Assembly: GCA_963840965.1 (NCBI GenBank)
Contig: CAWJAW010000003.1
Coordinates: 269,714-333,713, forward strand
Length of the DNA: 64,000 bases
Source of the DNA: an uncultured Bacteroidales bacterium
Lineage (GTDB): Bacteria; Bacteroidota; Bacteroidia; Bacteroidales; VadinHA17
Direction: 5' to 3'
How positions within the stretch are numbered: the stretch's first letter is position 1; each line of letters opens with the position of its first letter. Below the pieces are notes generated by a model. The model was not told the DNA's origin and did no database searches. It worked only from the letters and a program-made list of their open reading frames with translations. A program made the position numbers and the translations under genes. This document shows, in pieces, positions 26,528 to 36,871 of this stretch.

Positions 26528-29360
26528 TTATCTTACCTTCTTCAGTGGTGTGATTGTAATTGGTCCGGTCAGTCCTGATTCAAGCGGTTCCCAGGCTGAG
26601 GCGTCAAACACACCATTCTTATTGTTCTCTCTCAGCCTTGCGGCCATATTAACATTATAGAATTTTTTCCACCGGACACCGTTTCTGTCCATCCATGCAA
26701 TCCTGTTAGCCATAAGGTTTGATACCTCTACGAAAAGAGAATTATTCGTTTTTAACAATTTTTTGTCGATGATAAAAGAGAACCCCGGACCGGGAAGAAC
26801 GGCAACCTTGTTGCCATTGAGCGTAACACTGGCGCTGTGGTATACTTTCCCGAGATCAAGGAGCCATGCATCTCCTTTCTGGGAAGGCTTTTTGAAATTA
26901 ACCGTATATCGTGCTGTGCCTGAGAAATTCTGGTATTCATCACCTTCAAGACTTGTCCAGGAAAACGGACCGTCATGTTGCACCGAAGGGGGAAGCGACG
27001 GGCCGCCTTCAATGAATTCAACCTTCCAGGTGCCTTTTACGGGAGAAGGAACTGAGAGGGGATCGAAAAACTGATAGGGTTTACCCTTTAGTACAGTTTC
27101 ATAGGTTTGAATGATCAGCGATTCATCCGGATCCATCCTCAGGTATACTTCCAGGCTGCCACCGGCTGTTACTCTCGTATTTGCCACCCCGAGCCTGTCG
27201 TCCATCGGATTGAAAATGGCTGCTGATCCGCCGCTTGCCTGAAGGGATACCCAGCCGTCAAAGGGCTTGTCGCTCTGATTTGTAATGAAATAGACTGTTC
27301 CATTAAGGTTCTGCCTCCTGGCAAAGGCAAGTCCTTGATCGGTCATGGTTTCTCTCGGTATTCCTGCAAAGATCATGAGCTGCTCAAGGCTGCTGCCGGT
27401 GAGCAGGGATCCTTCACCGTAGCTTGCTTTCATCACCTGAGGATTGTTTGTCGCGGTAAAACGGATCCCTGATTTGAGTGTTTCAAAAAAATCAGTCTTT
27501 TCTTCTGCATCTCCCCATCCGGAAATGTTCTCAGGGAGGTCCCCAAGGAATATCACCTTTGCTCCTTCCCTGGCAAGCCTCAGTAAATGCGTGAAGGTCT
27601 CAACCGGGATGTATTTACACCCGGGCACTACTATTGTGCCGTAAACATTACCCTCGGTCTGGAGAAGTCCCCCGAGCGGTACTGTGTTTGTAAGCTGAAG
27701 ATCGGAGATATAGTCGAATCCGTATCCTTTCATTATCATTTCATCGGCAGCCGTCCTGAAAGGTGTTCCGTTGAAGGCCGGACCTATGGCGTCAAAATGC
27801 TCGAGCATTCCTCTTCCCGGATCGGCATACCTGTCGAAGATCGGAAAGTAAAGCAATATGTCGTTGTCGGCCATTCCCTGCTGAAGGAACGACTGCACTC
27901 TTGATACATATTTGTTGAGTCCGCTGAAATCGCGCCAGAGCGGATTGGCCGGTGTCAGCTCGACGGCTGCATAGAAGAGGAATCCGGGCCAGGGTTCGTC
28001 CTGTGGTGAAAAGCAGGTTCCATGGTAAAATACATGGTTTATCCCGGCAAGGAAGAAGAGATCGACAGCTTTCCTGATATCGCCGAGCGATGACAGGAAA
28101 TGTTCATTCAGCCATGTTGCTGCTTCGCAGGATGTAAACTTTTTTCCTGTCACATTTGCAGCCGACGAGGCAAATTTGAGCCTTGTCAGTTCGTTGCCTT
28201 CTGTTTCGGGTATGTCGACCGCTGCATAAAGATCGAGTATATTGCCGGGCGATCCATGGGCCTGGTTCCTGGTTGTCTTGCCCTGTCGGTGAGCCCATTC
28301 CGTCCAGTGTGTTGTGAATTTTGCGAGTATCAGATCGGAGATGGTCTGACGGTAATCGGAGAGGACCCTTTCGTTTTTCTCAGGATCATCTTTCTGAAAA
28401 AGCGCCGGAAGGTGGCCCCTAAGATCGTATCCTCTCCTGAGGATGAATTCACTGAAGAGATCGTTCGTCCAGTCGGCCTGACCTGAGGCGTCATCAACTT
28501 CATATGAGTCATTGAAATAGCCCCGGAGCGATCTGATGTCATAATCCTTGAATATGGTGTCGAAATGCTTCAGATAGTTATCAATGGCCAGGCCCGAGAA
28601 ATGATCGATAACATCTCCCTCGCCGCCCGGACCTGCCCGTTCAGCCATCTTCCCGTGCCATCCCTGGAAGACTCCGTACAGGGTCCAGTTTCCCGGAGGG
28701 GCTGTCCAGTCGAGTTTTCCCGTCAGGGGTGACAAATCCTGTCAGATCTGCCACAATGCCGCTGTCGGAATAAGCCATCAGGGTCTTTAGCGGAATGGGT
28801 TTTTCAAACCTGATCTGGTCGAGGGCATACAGCTGGAGACTGTCGTTCAGGCTGATCGGATCCTTAAGCTTTTTTATGTCGGGCCTTTCACCCACAGGCC
28901 TTACAAGAGGCTGCTGGATGAATTCGATCTTTTCCCTCAAGGAATCGCCTCCGGAAATTGTCCATGTCTTGTAGTTAACATTCTTGCAGGCATCGGCCGG
29001 ACTGACCCATGGTCCTCCGAAAGGCCAACCCGATGCGTTTGCGAGTTCTATACCGAGGTCAAGGCGTTCCCCCTCCGACAGAACGTGGGTGAACATATCC
29101 ATCCAAAGGGGCGACAGGTAATTGATGAACTTGTCTTCCTGCCCTTTAACACCGTAGATAACAGCGATCTCCATGCCTCCCAGACCAGCATCGCTGTATT
29201 TCTCCATCGCGGAAGTGAGGTCGGACTTTGTAACGATGCTTCCCGGCCACCACCAGCGGCTCCAAGGCTTGTTCTCACTTGTAATCTCAGGCCATGATAG
29301 CTGCTGAGCAGGAAGTACCTGCGATACAAGGAGCATTAAAAACAGAATTTTTTTCTTCAT
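26528..29360 (-). pseudogene. GH106-like alpha-L-rhamnosidase-type glycoside hydrolase, interrupted by a 1-nt frameshift
   Basis: Two overlapping ORFs (28641-29360 and 26528-28735) are N- and C-terminal parts of one protein. The N-terminus (KPWSRWWWPGS...GLGGMEI...GWPFGGPWV) is characteristic of the family. Removing one A from the minus-strand GGGAAAACTC run restores ...VTPDGKLDWTAPPGNW. Confidence 0.7.
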
Positions 29361-29403
29361 GGTGCAGGTTTGATACTTAATTTCGAAATCCTGGAAGGTG
29401 TAA

Positions 29404-30786
29404 TCAGTATCTGTAATTCCTCCAGTCGGTTCCCAGTTTGTAGAACATAACTGCCGAGTCGTTGATCTCTATCTCAAAATTCCTGGTCAGCTTGAGCATC
29501 TCGGCTCCGGCCATGATGACCGGCCCATAACCGTGAGCTGCAGCAGGGTGAACCGGACGGTGGTAATAGAATGCCGGATCAAATGCCATCCCGGTGCCGA
29601 CACATGTCCCTTCAACCTGACCCTCTTCATTGACCTTTGTCTGTACGGCATCCCATCCCAGTACCGCTACCGGACCATAGGCCTTTGAATCGATCCAACC
29701 CATATTTACCCCGTGGGCAATGCAATAAGTGAAGATTGCTGTTGCCGATGTCTCAAGGTAGGAATCGTTCCGGTCGAGCAGCTGATGCCAGAAGCCTGTT
29801 CCCGACTGCAATGAGGCAATACCTGCCACATGTTCGCGAAACTGTTTCAGGATGTCCTTTCTAAGGGGATATCCTTCGGGTAGCGCATCGAGGAGTTCTG
29901 TTATTGCCAGCATGGCCCAGCCGTTGCAGCGGCCCCAGTAGTACTCAGTGTGCGGATCCATGTCTTCCACCCATCCGTGCATATAGAGTCCCTTTCCTGA
30001 ATTGAACATACGCTGCGAGAACTGGATAATTTGCTTGCAGGCATCTTCATAATAGTCGTTGTTGTCTGTAAGTGAACCCATTCGTGCAAGGGCCGGAACA
30101 CTCATATAAAGATCGTCGAGCCAGAGGGTGTTGGGCTGGGGCCTGTTACGGGCAAGAGTCCCGTCCTTAAGCCTTTGCTGCCCTGTCCAGATATATTTGA
30201 TGTAATTGTCAATCAGTGGTCTCAGGGACTGATTTCCGCCTGCATTGAGCGTCTTTATCATGGCGGAACACATCGATCCGGCATCATCAAGCGCCCGCGG
30301 CTCGAGAACCGATCCGACAGGATTGTTCGTTCGTTCGAGGCGAATGTCGAGTGATCGGTAATAATTTGCAACATTCGATATCAGTTCCATTCTTTTGAGT
30401 GTGTATCCTGTGAACCGGTCATCTCCCGTTGCTTCGCCTGCAAGCAGCATTGCTCCATAGGTTACACCCCATTCATAGCTGATAAGCCTGAATACACCCG
30501 GTTCAAAAATTGCATTACGCGTGAGGCTGCCCCTGCTGTTTAGTTCAGCCTTTGTATCCCTGTCAATCATCCGTGCCGGCGTTGAGGTGTCAAGGTAGTT
30601 GTAAAGGCGAAACAGAACTGCCTTTATCTCTTCGGCTGCAGCCGGGCCATATGGAACAGGATAATCGGGCTGCATGGCATGAAGGGGAGTGTTGGTGTCG
30701 GTTATTTTCACCGCAGTTTCCTGCGCGGCTCCATAGATGCCGGATGCTGTCAGGAGAGCCATCAGGAGGACCAGTTTCTTGTACAT
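29404..30786 (-). CDS. GH88/GH105-family unsaturated glycuronyl hydrolase
   Basis: Motifs YWGRCNGWAMLAITELL and ETSATAIFTYCIAHG, plus a signal peptide. Confidence 0.7.
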   Translation of the reverse strand: MYKKLVLLMALLTASGIYGAAQETAVKITDTNTPLHAMQPDYPVPYGPAAAEEIKAVLFRLYNYLDTSTPARMIDRDTKAELNSRGSLTRNAIFEPGVFRLISYEWGVTYGAMLLAGEATGDDRFTGYTLKRMELISNVANYYRSLDIRLERTNNPVGSVLEPRALDDAGSMCSAMIKTLNAGGNQSLRPLIDNYIKYIWTGQQRLKDGTLARNRPQPNTLWLDDLYMSVPALARMGSLTDNNDYYEDACKQIIQFSQRMFNSGKGLYMHGWVEDMDPHTEYYWGRCNGWAMLAITELLDALPEGYPLRKDILKQFREHVAGIASLQSGTGFWHQLLDRNDSYLETSATAIFTYCIAHGVNMGWIDSKAYGPVAVLGWDAVQTKVNEEGQVEGTCVGTGMAFDPAFYYHRPVHPAAAHGYGPVIMAGAEMLKLTRNFEIEINDSAVMFYKLGTDWRNYRY

Positions 30787-30798
30787 AGTTCTGAATTT

Positions 30799-30833
30799 GG
30801 TGATTGGTGATTGGTGATTGGTGATTAGTGATT
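30799..30833. repeat. heptamer array (GGTGATT)x5, which is (AATCACC)n on the mRNA strand
   Basis: Four perfect units and one variant unit. The last unit overlaps the stop of the DUF5009 gene. The array ends 12 nt before the ATG at 30786. Confidence 0.9.
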
Positions 30834-31953
30834 ATACCTTCAGGAAGATCTTCTTTTTGTAAAGTATGTACAGGAACACCCATCCTACTGCAGTTATTCC
30901 TATTCCGTTTATCAGCGGAGTCCAGGCTTCCGGAAGAACCTTAACGAAACCACCGAAGAAGAAATCCGATGCCCGGTTGAAGTTGATTATCCTCCTGGCA
31001 AGGTATATTGTAATGGGATTCATCCCGATGACCACGAAAAAGAATGCCCATTTCCTGAAGTTCCAGACGTCGATTATAAGATAAAAGACGGCAAAGAGCA
31101 GCATGCTCAGCCCTCCTACATAAATCACGAATGAGCTGCTCCAGATGTTTTTGTTGATCGGGAAGAACTGGTGCCAGATCCTGCCCAGGATCATAAGTCC
31201 TGTTGCTGCTCCCAGGAGGTATAGTACCTTTTTTATTTTTTTGTCACTAAGGAAATCCGACTTCATGAATTCTCCTGTGAACATTCCAAGAAGAGCTGTA
31301 CCTATTGCAGGTATCGTGCTGAAAAGTCCTTCGGGATCATGATTGCCCAGATAGAGTTTGCCTGGCATCAGCATCCGGTCGATGTAACTGGCAAGATTGC
31401 CTGTCTGGGAGAAGGGATCTGACGATCCCAGGTCGTGAGCAGGAAACAGAAGTAGAAGGATCCAGTATCCGATAAGAATGACCCAGAACCATACTATTCG
31501 CCAGGTCAGTTTTGTGTTCATGAAGATGAGAGCAGCAAACATCCAGGCAAGGCCAATCCGGCCAAGCACGCTGCCGTAGCGAAGTTCCCCGAAATTAAAC
31601 CTTACTCCGTTGTTATAGAGGATCCCCAGCAGCACCAGTATAAGTCCGCGGAATATGACGTGCCTGTAAATTGCACTCCTCGGTTCGTTGTTCGCGATAC
31701 GTTTTGCCATTGAGAAAGGGAAGGATATTCCGGCAATAAAAAGGAACAAGGGGAATATCATGTCATAGAACTGGAAACCATGCCACTCGACATGCTCAAG
31801 TTGAGTTGCCCACCATTTAAGTACGGGCCATCCGGTCAGACTTGCCAGTCCGGCGAAAATTGTCTCACCGCCCATTATCCAGAACATGTCAAACCCTCTG
31901 AGGGCGTCGAGGGAATAAAGGCGGTTTGGTTTAATTTTGGTAGTCATTTTCAA
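30832..31953 (-). CDS. DUF5009 / heparan-alpha-glucosaminide N-acetyltransferase-like membrane protein
   Basis: Polytopic membrane ORF with the N-terminal RLYSLDALRGFDMFWIMGGE motif. Confidence 0.65.
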   Translation of the reverse strand: MKMTTKIKPNRLYSLDALRGFDMFWIMGGETIFAGLASLTGWPVLKWWATQLEHVEWHGFQFYDMIFPLFLFIAGISFPFSMAKRIANNEPRSAIYRHVIFRGLILVLLGILYNNGVRFNFGELRYGSVLGRIGLAWMFAALIFMNTKLTWRIVWFWVILIGYWILLLLFPAHDLGSSDPFSQTGNLASYIDRMLMPGKLYLGNHDPEGLFSTIPAIGTALLGMFTGEFMKSDFLSDKKIKKVLYLLGAATGLMILGRIWHQFFPINKNIWSSSFVIYVGGLSMLLFAVFYLIIDVWNFRKWAFFFVVIGMNPITIYLARRIINFNRASDFFFGGFVKVLPEAWTPLINGIGITAVGWVFLYILYKKKIFLKV

Positions 31954-32036
31954 GATTTATATCTGTTAATGCAACCAAAGATATAAAAATAGAAGATCGC
32001 TGTTAATAACCTTTTAATTCATTTAAATTTGCCAGG

Positions 32037-32064
32037 CAACCAGCAACAATCAACCAGCAACAAT
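32037..32064 (+). repeat. tandem 14-mer CAACCAGCAACAAT x2 in the 5-prime leader
   Basis: Two exact CA-rich, nearly G-free copies end 18 nt upstream of the ATG at 32083. Confidence 0.85.
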
Positions 32065-32082
32065 AATTGAAATCTGTATCCA

Positions 32083-33321
32083 ATGAAATCAAACCGTTAC
32101 CTGCTAATTCTATTCAGTCTTACTTTTCTTGCGACTCCTGTCCTTTATTCGCAACCCTCCCTTATCCATCTCAGTCTTAAATCGAAAGTAAAGCCTGATG
32201 CAACTGCTCCTGTGACTGTTACCTGGTATTCCGGTAATAACACCGAAAAACAATTTGTAAAATATGGTGTTACCCCCGAACCCGGGAAAAGAGTTAAAGC
32301 AATGCGAGTTGATTATAACGGCAGCTTTATATTCAATGCAGGGATTAACAGGCTTAAGCCCGGGGCAACATATTACTACAGGTGCGGTTCTGATAAAGAC
32401 GGATGGAGCAAGGTATATTCATTCCTTGCGGAACCTGTTTCCGGCTCCTTCAGAGTAGGGGTGATCGGAGATACCCAGGATAACAATCAGAACGAGGAAT
32501 TCCAGAAGACCAGCGTGATTACGGAACTTGTTAAAACCTTTTCACCGCACCTGACTTTACATATGGGAGATATTGTGAACGACGGATCAAAAACAGCAAG
32601 CTGGACTAAATTTTTGTCGGTTACCGGGGAACTGAATGCTATTTCTCCATTAATGCCCGTTCTTGGCAATCATGATATTGATAATGCCAAAGGAGAAGAG
32701 TTCCAGAAACCGTTTCAGGATTTTTATTCGCTTTTCAGTCTTCCCGGCGATGAAGTGAATTATTCCTTCACTTACGGGAAAGTCCGTTTCATCGGGATCT
32801 TTTCAGGATGCGCCCAGGCTGCCGAAGAGATAGGCCAGGTAAAATACAGGCCCGGATCACCTGAATATCTCTGGCTTGAGAAAGAGCTTACCACTGCTGA
32901 AAACGAAAAAAATATTGACTGGATCATAGTCTGGATGCATTACCCGGTCAGTTCATTCGGTTGGAGCAATGTTGCCGGATGGAGGGACAATGTCTTTCCG
33001 CTTATTGAGAAACACCGGGTTGACCTTTGTCTTGCGGGACACAGGCATGTTTATGAGCGTCATTATCAGGTGAAGGAGGGAGTTCCCGTTAAAAATGATT
33101 CAGGAACATTTTTCTCAGATGACGGGACAATATACATTACAAATGGTACGGCAGGAGGAACACCGACAGGTTCAGGGGGAAAGAATCTGCCTGACATGGC
33201 TTTCACTCCCGAAAAAGCAATGTACAGTTTTGGAATAATGGATGTGGAACCTTCTTCGATTACATATAGAGTTTTTGATCAGGACAGCAGTCTGATAGAT
33301 AGATTTATAATTCAGAAATAG
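32083..33321 (+). CDS. metallophosphoesterase, purple acid phosphatase-like
   Basis: Motifs GDTQD, GDIVNDG, GNHD and GHRHVYER, plus an N-terminal FN3-like PAP domain and a signal peptide. Confidence 0.75.
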   Translation: MKSNRYLLILFSLTFLATPVLYSQPSLIHLSLKSKVKPDATAPVTVTWYSGNNTEKQFVKYGVTPEPGKRVKAMRVDYNGSFIFNAGINRLKPGATYYYRCGSDKDGWSKVYSFLAEPVSGSFRVGVIGDTQDNNQNEEFQKTSVITELVKTFSPHLTLHMGDIVNDGSKTASWTKFLSVTGELNAISPLMPVLGNHDIDNAKGEEFQKPFQDFYSLFSLPGDEVNYSFTYGKVRFIGIFSGCAQAAEEIGQVKYRPGSPEYLWLEKELTTAENEKNIDWIIVWMHYPVSSFGWSNVAGWRDNVFPLIEKHRVDLCLAGHRHVYERHYQVKEGVPVKNDSGTFFSDDGTIYITNGTAGGTPTGSGGKNLPDMAFTPEKAMYSFGIMDVEPSSITYRVFDQDSSLIDRFIIQK

Positions 33322-33335
33322 CAAGATATCCGGCG

Positions 33336-33412
33336 GACTTGCACGACTTGCACGACTTGCACGACTTGCATGACTTGCACGACTTGCACGACCTGCACGA
33401 CTTGCACGACCT
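33336..33412. repeat. nonamer array (GACTTGCAC)x8.5
   Basis: Eight units carry two single-base variants. The array fills almost the whole gap between the convergent stops at 33321 and 33412. Confidence 0.9.
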
Positions 33413-35601
33413 TACTCAACTGTCATAAATCTCCAGGTTACCTTACCGATATTATCCGGTTTCCCTTTTTCAGCTTTTGAAACGGTTCCGATAAGCTTTC
33501 CCTTTCTGTCAGGTGTAACCCTTATTTCACGCCAGGAGTATATTCCTTTTTCATAATCGAAGGTTTCACCGTCATCATCATAAAACCTGTAAAAACCCGG
33601 AGCGGAACCATAATATCTTATTTCAAGGTCATACTTTTGTCCGGCTGAAGGTGCATGCAATGACGGCCTCATCATTGGAATAATTGCCCCGTCTTTTGCG
33701 AATACTGGAATTTTCCCCAACCCGGGGGTTACTTTTATTACCTCATGCTCACCCGCATATCTGCCTGAATAAAAGTTGAACCATTTACCTTTGGGCAACA
33801 CAACCTCACGGGTTGTCTGACCCGTGAACAAAGGTGCCACAAGCAGGTATTCACCGGTCATATACTGGTCTTTTATCTCCTTCATGACAGCCTCCCCATA
33901 GGGATTTTCATCAAGGTTGGTGTTTCCGGATTCCTCTATAGATATAATTTCAAATCCTGGTTCCAGGTTCATTCCCCGGAACGGGGGCGTTCCCTCAAAG
34001 TGGTATTTTGCGAACTCGGAGTAGAGGTAGGGGATCAGTTGCATCCTGAGAAAAGCATACTCCTTTACTTCATTTTCCACTTCCGGAAAAGACCATGGTT
34101 GTGTACCGCTCGACCATGCATTTATCATGGCCATCGGGGAAAAGCATACTGTCTGGAACCTCCGTAGCCATTCTTCCCCCGTTTTTGAGCTTCTAACTTC
34201 GGGGGTCCAGAGTACACCACTGTATCCGCTGTTTATCAATGCTGTAATAAAATCCTCATGACTGTAATAGTCGTTGTAAATTACATATGGGAAGGAGGAA
34301 CCTCCACCATTTGAAGATCTGGTTAAACCATATGTCCGTTGATTTTTCTGGCGGAACAGATCGGTTGTAATTTTCTGAAGAAAGAGTCCATATGTCTGCC
34401 GGATCTGTTCTGCATTGTTACCTGATGGAAACATTGCCACATCGGGCCACAGCCACCTGTCGTACCCGTCGGACTCATCAATTTTATAGCCGCTGATTCC
34501 AATGCCGACCTGGCTTTTGTCAATCTGTTTCATAAGTATTTCTGCAGCCCCGGGAACCGAGAGGTCCGGAACGACACCTCCCCAGACGGTATGTGATCCT
34601 GTGTAGGGAAGAATTTCCTTGTAAAAGGAGGCTATGGATGAAATATATGGATTTGTCCATAAATTCAGCCGGATACCCATATCTTTCATGACTTTTATAA
34701 ATGCTGGAGGGTTGGGGAATCTTGAACTGTCCCATTCAAGAGTACAGGGATATGACCTGCTTTGCCAGCCCGGCTCAAGACCAATATAGTCGAGAGGGAA
34801 CCCACGTTCCTCAAACAGCCTGGCTTCGTTTATAACCTGGTCCGAGGTATAAAGTGTGGGAACGCGTTGAGTGAATCCAAGTCCCCAGCGGGGAGGCAGG
34901 CACCCTCCACCGGAATAAAGGTTGAACCTCTTTACAGCCTCGAGCATTGTGGGGCCTGCAAATAAATAGATATCAACTCCTTCGGCCGGTACAAGTATCT
35001 CCACGGCATCAGAATAGGGCTGGGAGGTCCATTTCCTGTCAGTGTTCCTGTCGAGTTCCTCCGGTGCATCCGGACTATCTTTCCTTACTCCGGTTCCTGC
35101 ATAAACTGTCAGATACCTTGAACTGTTTATAAAAACCCCGTAGCCCTTCTCCGAAACATAAAATGGCACCGGAGCATGGGTTCTTCCATTATCAGTACCC
35201 CCATAATGGTCGACATGAAGCTGAAGGATTCTTCCTCTTTGATAGACCGTTTTAAAGTTCAGCCCGAAGCCAAAAATTCTCTCTTCTTTTTCAAGGGGAA
35301 ACCTGAGGAAGGTAGCTCCATTACTTGTTTGTATCGCTATTTTATCAGGTGATAGTGGAAAGGGTGCAGGTCCCAGTTTCGACAATGCATCCATTGCCGG
35401 TTTGATCCCTGCTGCATTGAAGAGATCCAGCTTTTCCGGGGTTCCTGCGGTAATTTTCCATACCCCGGGTGCAACTTCGTTCCATCCCGATGTTTGTCCG
35501 GAAACTGATATTGTCAGAAAACACAGAGTAATGAGTACCTTAGTGTTCAGAGTATTCTTAATTATCATAATAGAGGCGATATTTCTTTGTAAGCACTTCA
35601 A
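33412..35601 (-). CDS. glycoside hydrolase family 31 (alpha-glucosidase/alpha-xylosidase-like)
   Basis: Contains PPRWGLGFTQ and GYKIDESDG regions in a 729-aa ORF. The true start may be the internal MIIKN at 35568. Confidence 0.7.
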   Translation of the reverse strand: MKCLQRNIASIMIIKNTLNTKVLITLCFLTISVSGQTSGWNEVAPGVWKITAGTPEKLDLFNAAGIKPAMDALSKLGPAPFPLSPDKIAIQTSNGATFLRFPLEKEERIFGFGLNFKTVYQRGRILQLHVDHYGGTDNGRTHAPVPFYVSEKGYGVFINSSRYLTVYAGTGVRKDSPDAPEELDRNTDRKWTSQPYSDAVEILVPAEGVDIYLFAGPTMLEAVKRFNLYSGGGCLPPRWGLGFTQRVPTLYTSDQVINEARLFEERGFPLDYIGLEPGWQSRSYPCTLEWDSSRFPNPPAFIKVMKDMGIRLNLWTNPYISSIASFYKEILPYTGSHTVWGGVVPDLSVPGAAEILMKQIDKSQVGIGISGYKIDESDGYDRWLWPDVAMFPSGNNAEQIRQTYGLFLQKITTDLFRQKNQRTYGLTRSSNGGGSSFPYVIYNDYYSHEDFITALINSGYSGVLWTPEVRSSKTGEEWLRRFQTVCFSPMAMINAWSSGTQPWSFPEVENEVKEYAFLRMQLIPYLYSEFAKYHFEGTPPFRGMNLEPGFEIISIEESGNTNLDENPYGEAVMKEIKDQYMTGEYLLVAPLFTGQTTREVVLPKGKWFNFYSGRYAGEHEVIKVTPGLGKIPVFAKDGAIIPMMRPSLHAPSAGQKYDLEIRYYGSAPGFYRFYDDDGETFDYEKGIYSWREIRVTPDRKGKLIGTVSKAEKGKPDNIGKVTWRFMTVE

Positions 35602-35741
35602 ATATACCTGATTAAGTTGTAGATTAAGAACAAAAAAATCCTTTTTATAAATATTTCAGTTTATATTAGCCAAACTAAATTCTATTTATTTTACTTTTAC
35701 CTGATTAATGACTTGAGGTAAAGTATTTCAATATTAACTGA

Positions 35742-36833
35742 ATGGCTATGAAGATAAAGTTAAATAGATCAAGAATTCCGGGCCTTGTGGCAACATTTTT
35801 TCTGGTCAAGGTGCTTATCCTTGCAACCAGCTTTGCAATAGTTGCACAATCTCCTGCTGAAAAAGGTGTACGGCTCGAAAAGGTGAATGACCAGAACAAG
35901 GTGGATGTATATATCGACGGTTCACTTTTCACTTCATTCCGCTACCCGGCCGATCTGGAAAAGCCTTTCCTCTATCCTGTAATTGCTCCTAACGGTTCCG
36001 TGATTACAAGGGGTTATCCCATTGAGCCAAGAAAAGGTGAAAGAATTGATCACCCTCACCAGGTAGGCTTGTGGTTCAATCATGGCAGTATCAACGGGCT
36101 GGATTTCTGGAATAATTCATCAGCCATCCCGGCCGACAGGAAAGATACATACGGACATATCACCGTCCAGAAATTAGTCAGGGCTGATAACGGCAAGATT
36201 GGAGTGCTGGAACTGGTATCGGAGTGGAAGGATAACAAAGGGAATACTATCCTGCTCGAGAATACAACATACGTCTTTACAGGTGGAAAATCTTCACGAA
36301 CCATGGATCATATTTCAACCCTGACTGCGGTTAATGGTCCGGTGATTATTGCCGACAACAAGGAGGGGCTTTTTGCAATAAGGGTCGACCGGGCCTTTGA
36401 GATGCCTTCCAATGAGTCGCTGATCTTCACCGACGACAAGGGTAATCCCACCACGGTAAAGGCCACTGATAATACCGGAGTCACCGGGATGTATACCTCG
36501 AGCCAGGGACTTAAGGGCGATGCGGTCTGGGGAACCAGGAACAACTGGGTGCTGCTTTCAGGCACGAAGGATAATGCCCTGGTCACTTTCGGAATATTCG
36601 ATCACCCCGATAATCCGGGTTACCCTGCATATGCCCATGCAAGGGGTTACGGGCTCTTTTCAGTTAATAACCTCGGACAGAATTCCTATGATCCCAAACA
36701 GGAGAAGATGGAATGGAAACTTGCTAAAGGAGAATCGCTTACGCTCCGTCACAGGTTCTATGTAAAAGCCGGAACCGAACTGACAGCCAAAGAGGCAAAC
36801 AAGATATTTAAGAAATTTTCAAAGTTGTATTAA
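35742..36833 (+). CDS. PmoA-like / DUF6807 family protein
   Basis: Contains FRYPADLEKPFLYPV...RIDHPHQVGLWFNHG, as in the DUF6807 family. Has a signal/anchor. Confidence 0.6.
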   Translation: MAMKIKLNRSRIPGLVATFFLVKVLILATSFAIVAQSPAEKGVRLEKVNDQNKVDVYIDGSLFTSFRYPADLEKPFLYPVIAPNGSVITRGYPIEPRKGERIDHPHQVGLWFNHGSINGLDFWNNSSAIPADRKDTYGHITVQKLVRADNGKIGVLELVSEWKDNKGNTILLENTTYVFTGGKSSRTMDHISTLTAVNGPVIIADNKEGLFAIRVDRAFEMPSNESLIFTDDKGNPTTVKATDNTGVTGMYTSSQGLKGDAVWGTRNNWVLLSGTKDNALVTFGIFDHPDNPGYPAYAHARGYGLFSVNNLGQNSYDPKQEKMEWKLAKGESLTLRHRFYVKAGTELTAKEANKIFKKFSKLY

Positions 36834-36871
36834 CCCCCCACCCCCCCTGAAGAGGGGCTAAAACCAAAAAC

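Noticed and set aside
28641-28735. Programmed +1 frameshifting as the explanation for the split GH106-like gene.
   Set aside because: There is no recognisable shifty-stop context or stimulatory structure. A single extra base in an A4 homopolymer is the signature of a sequencing error or a simple mutation.
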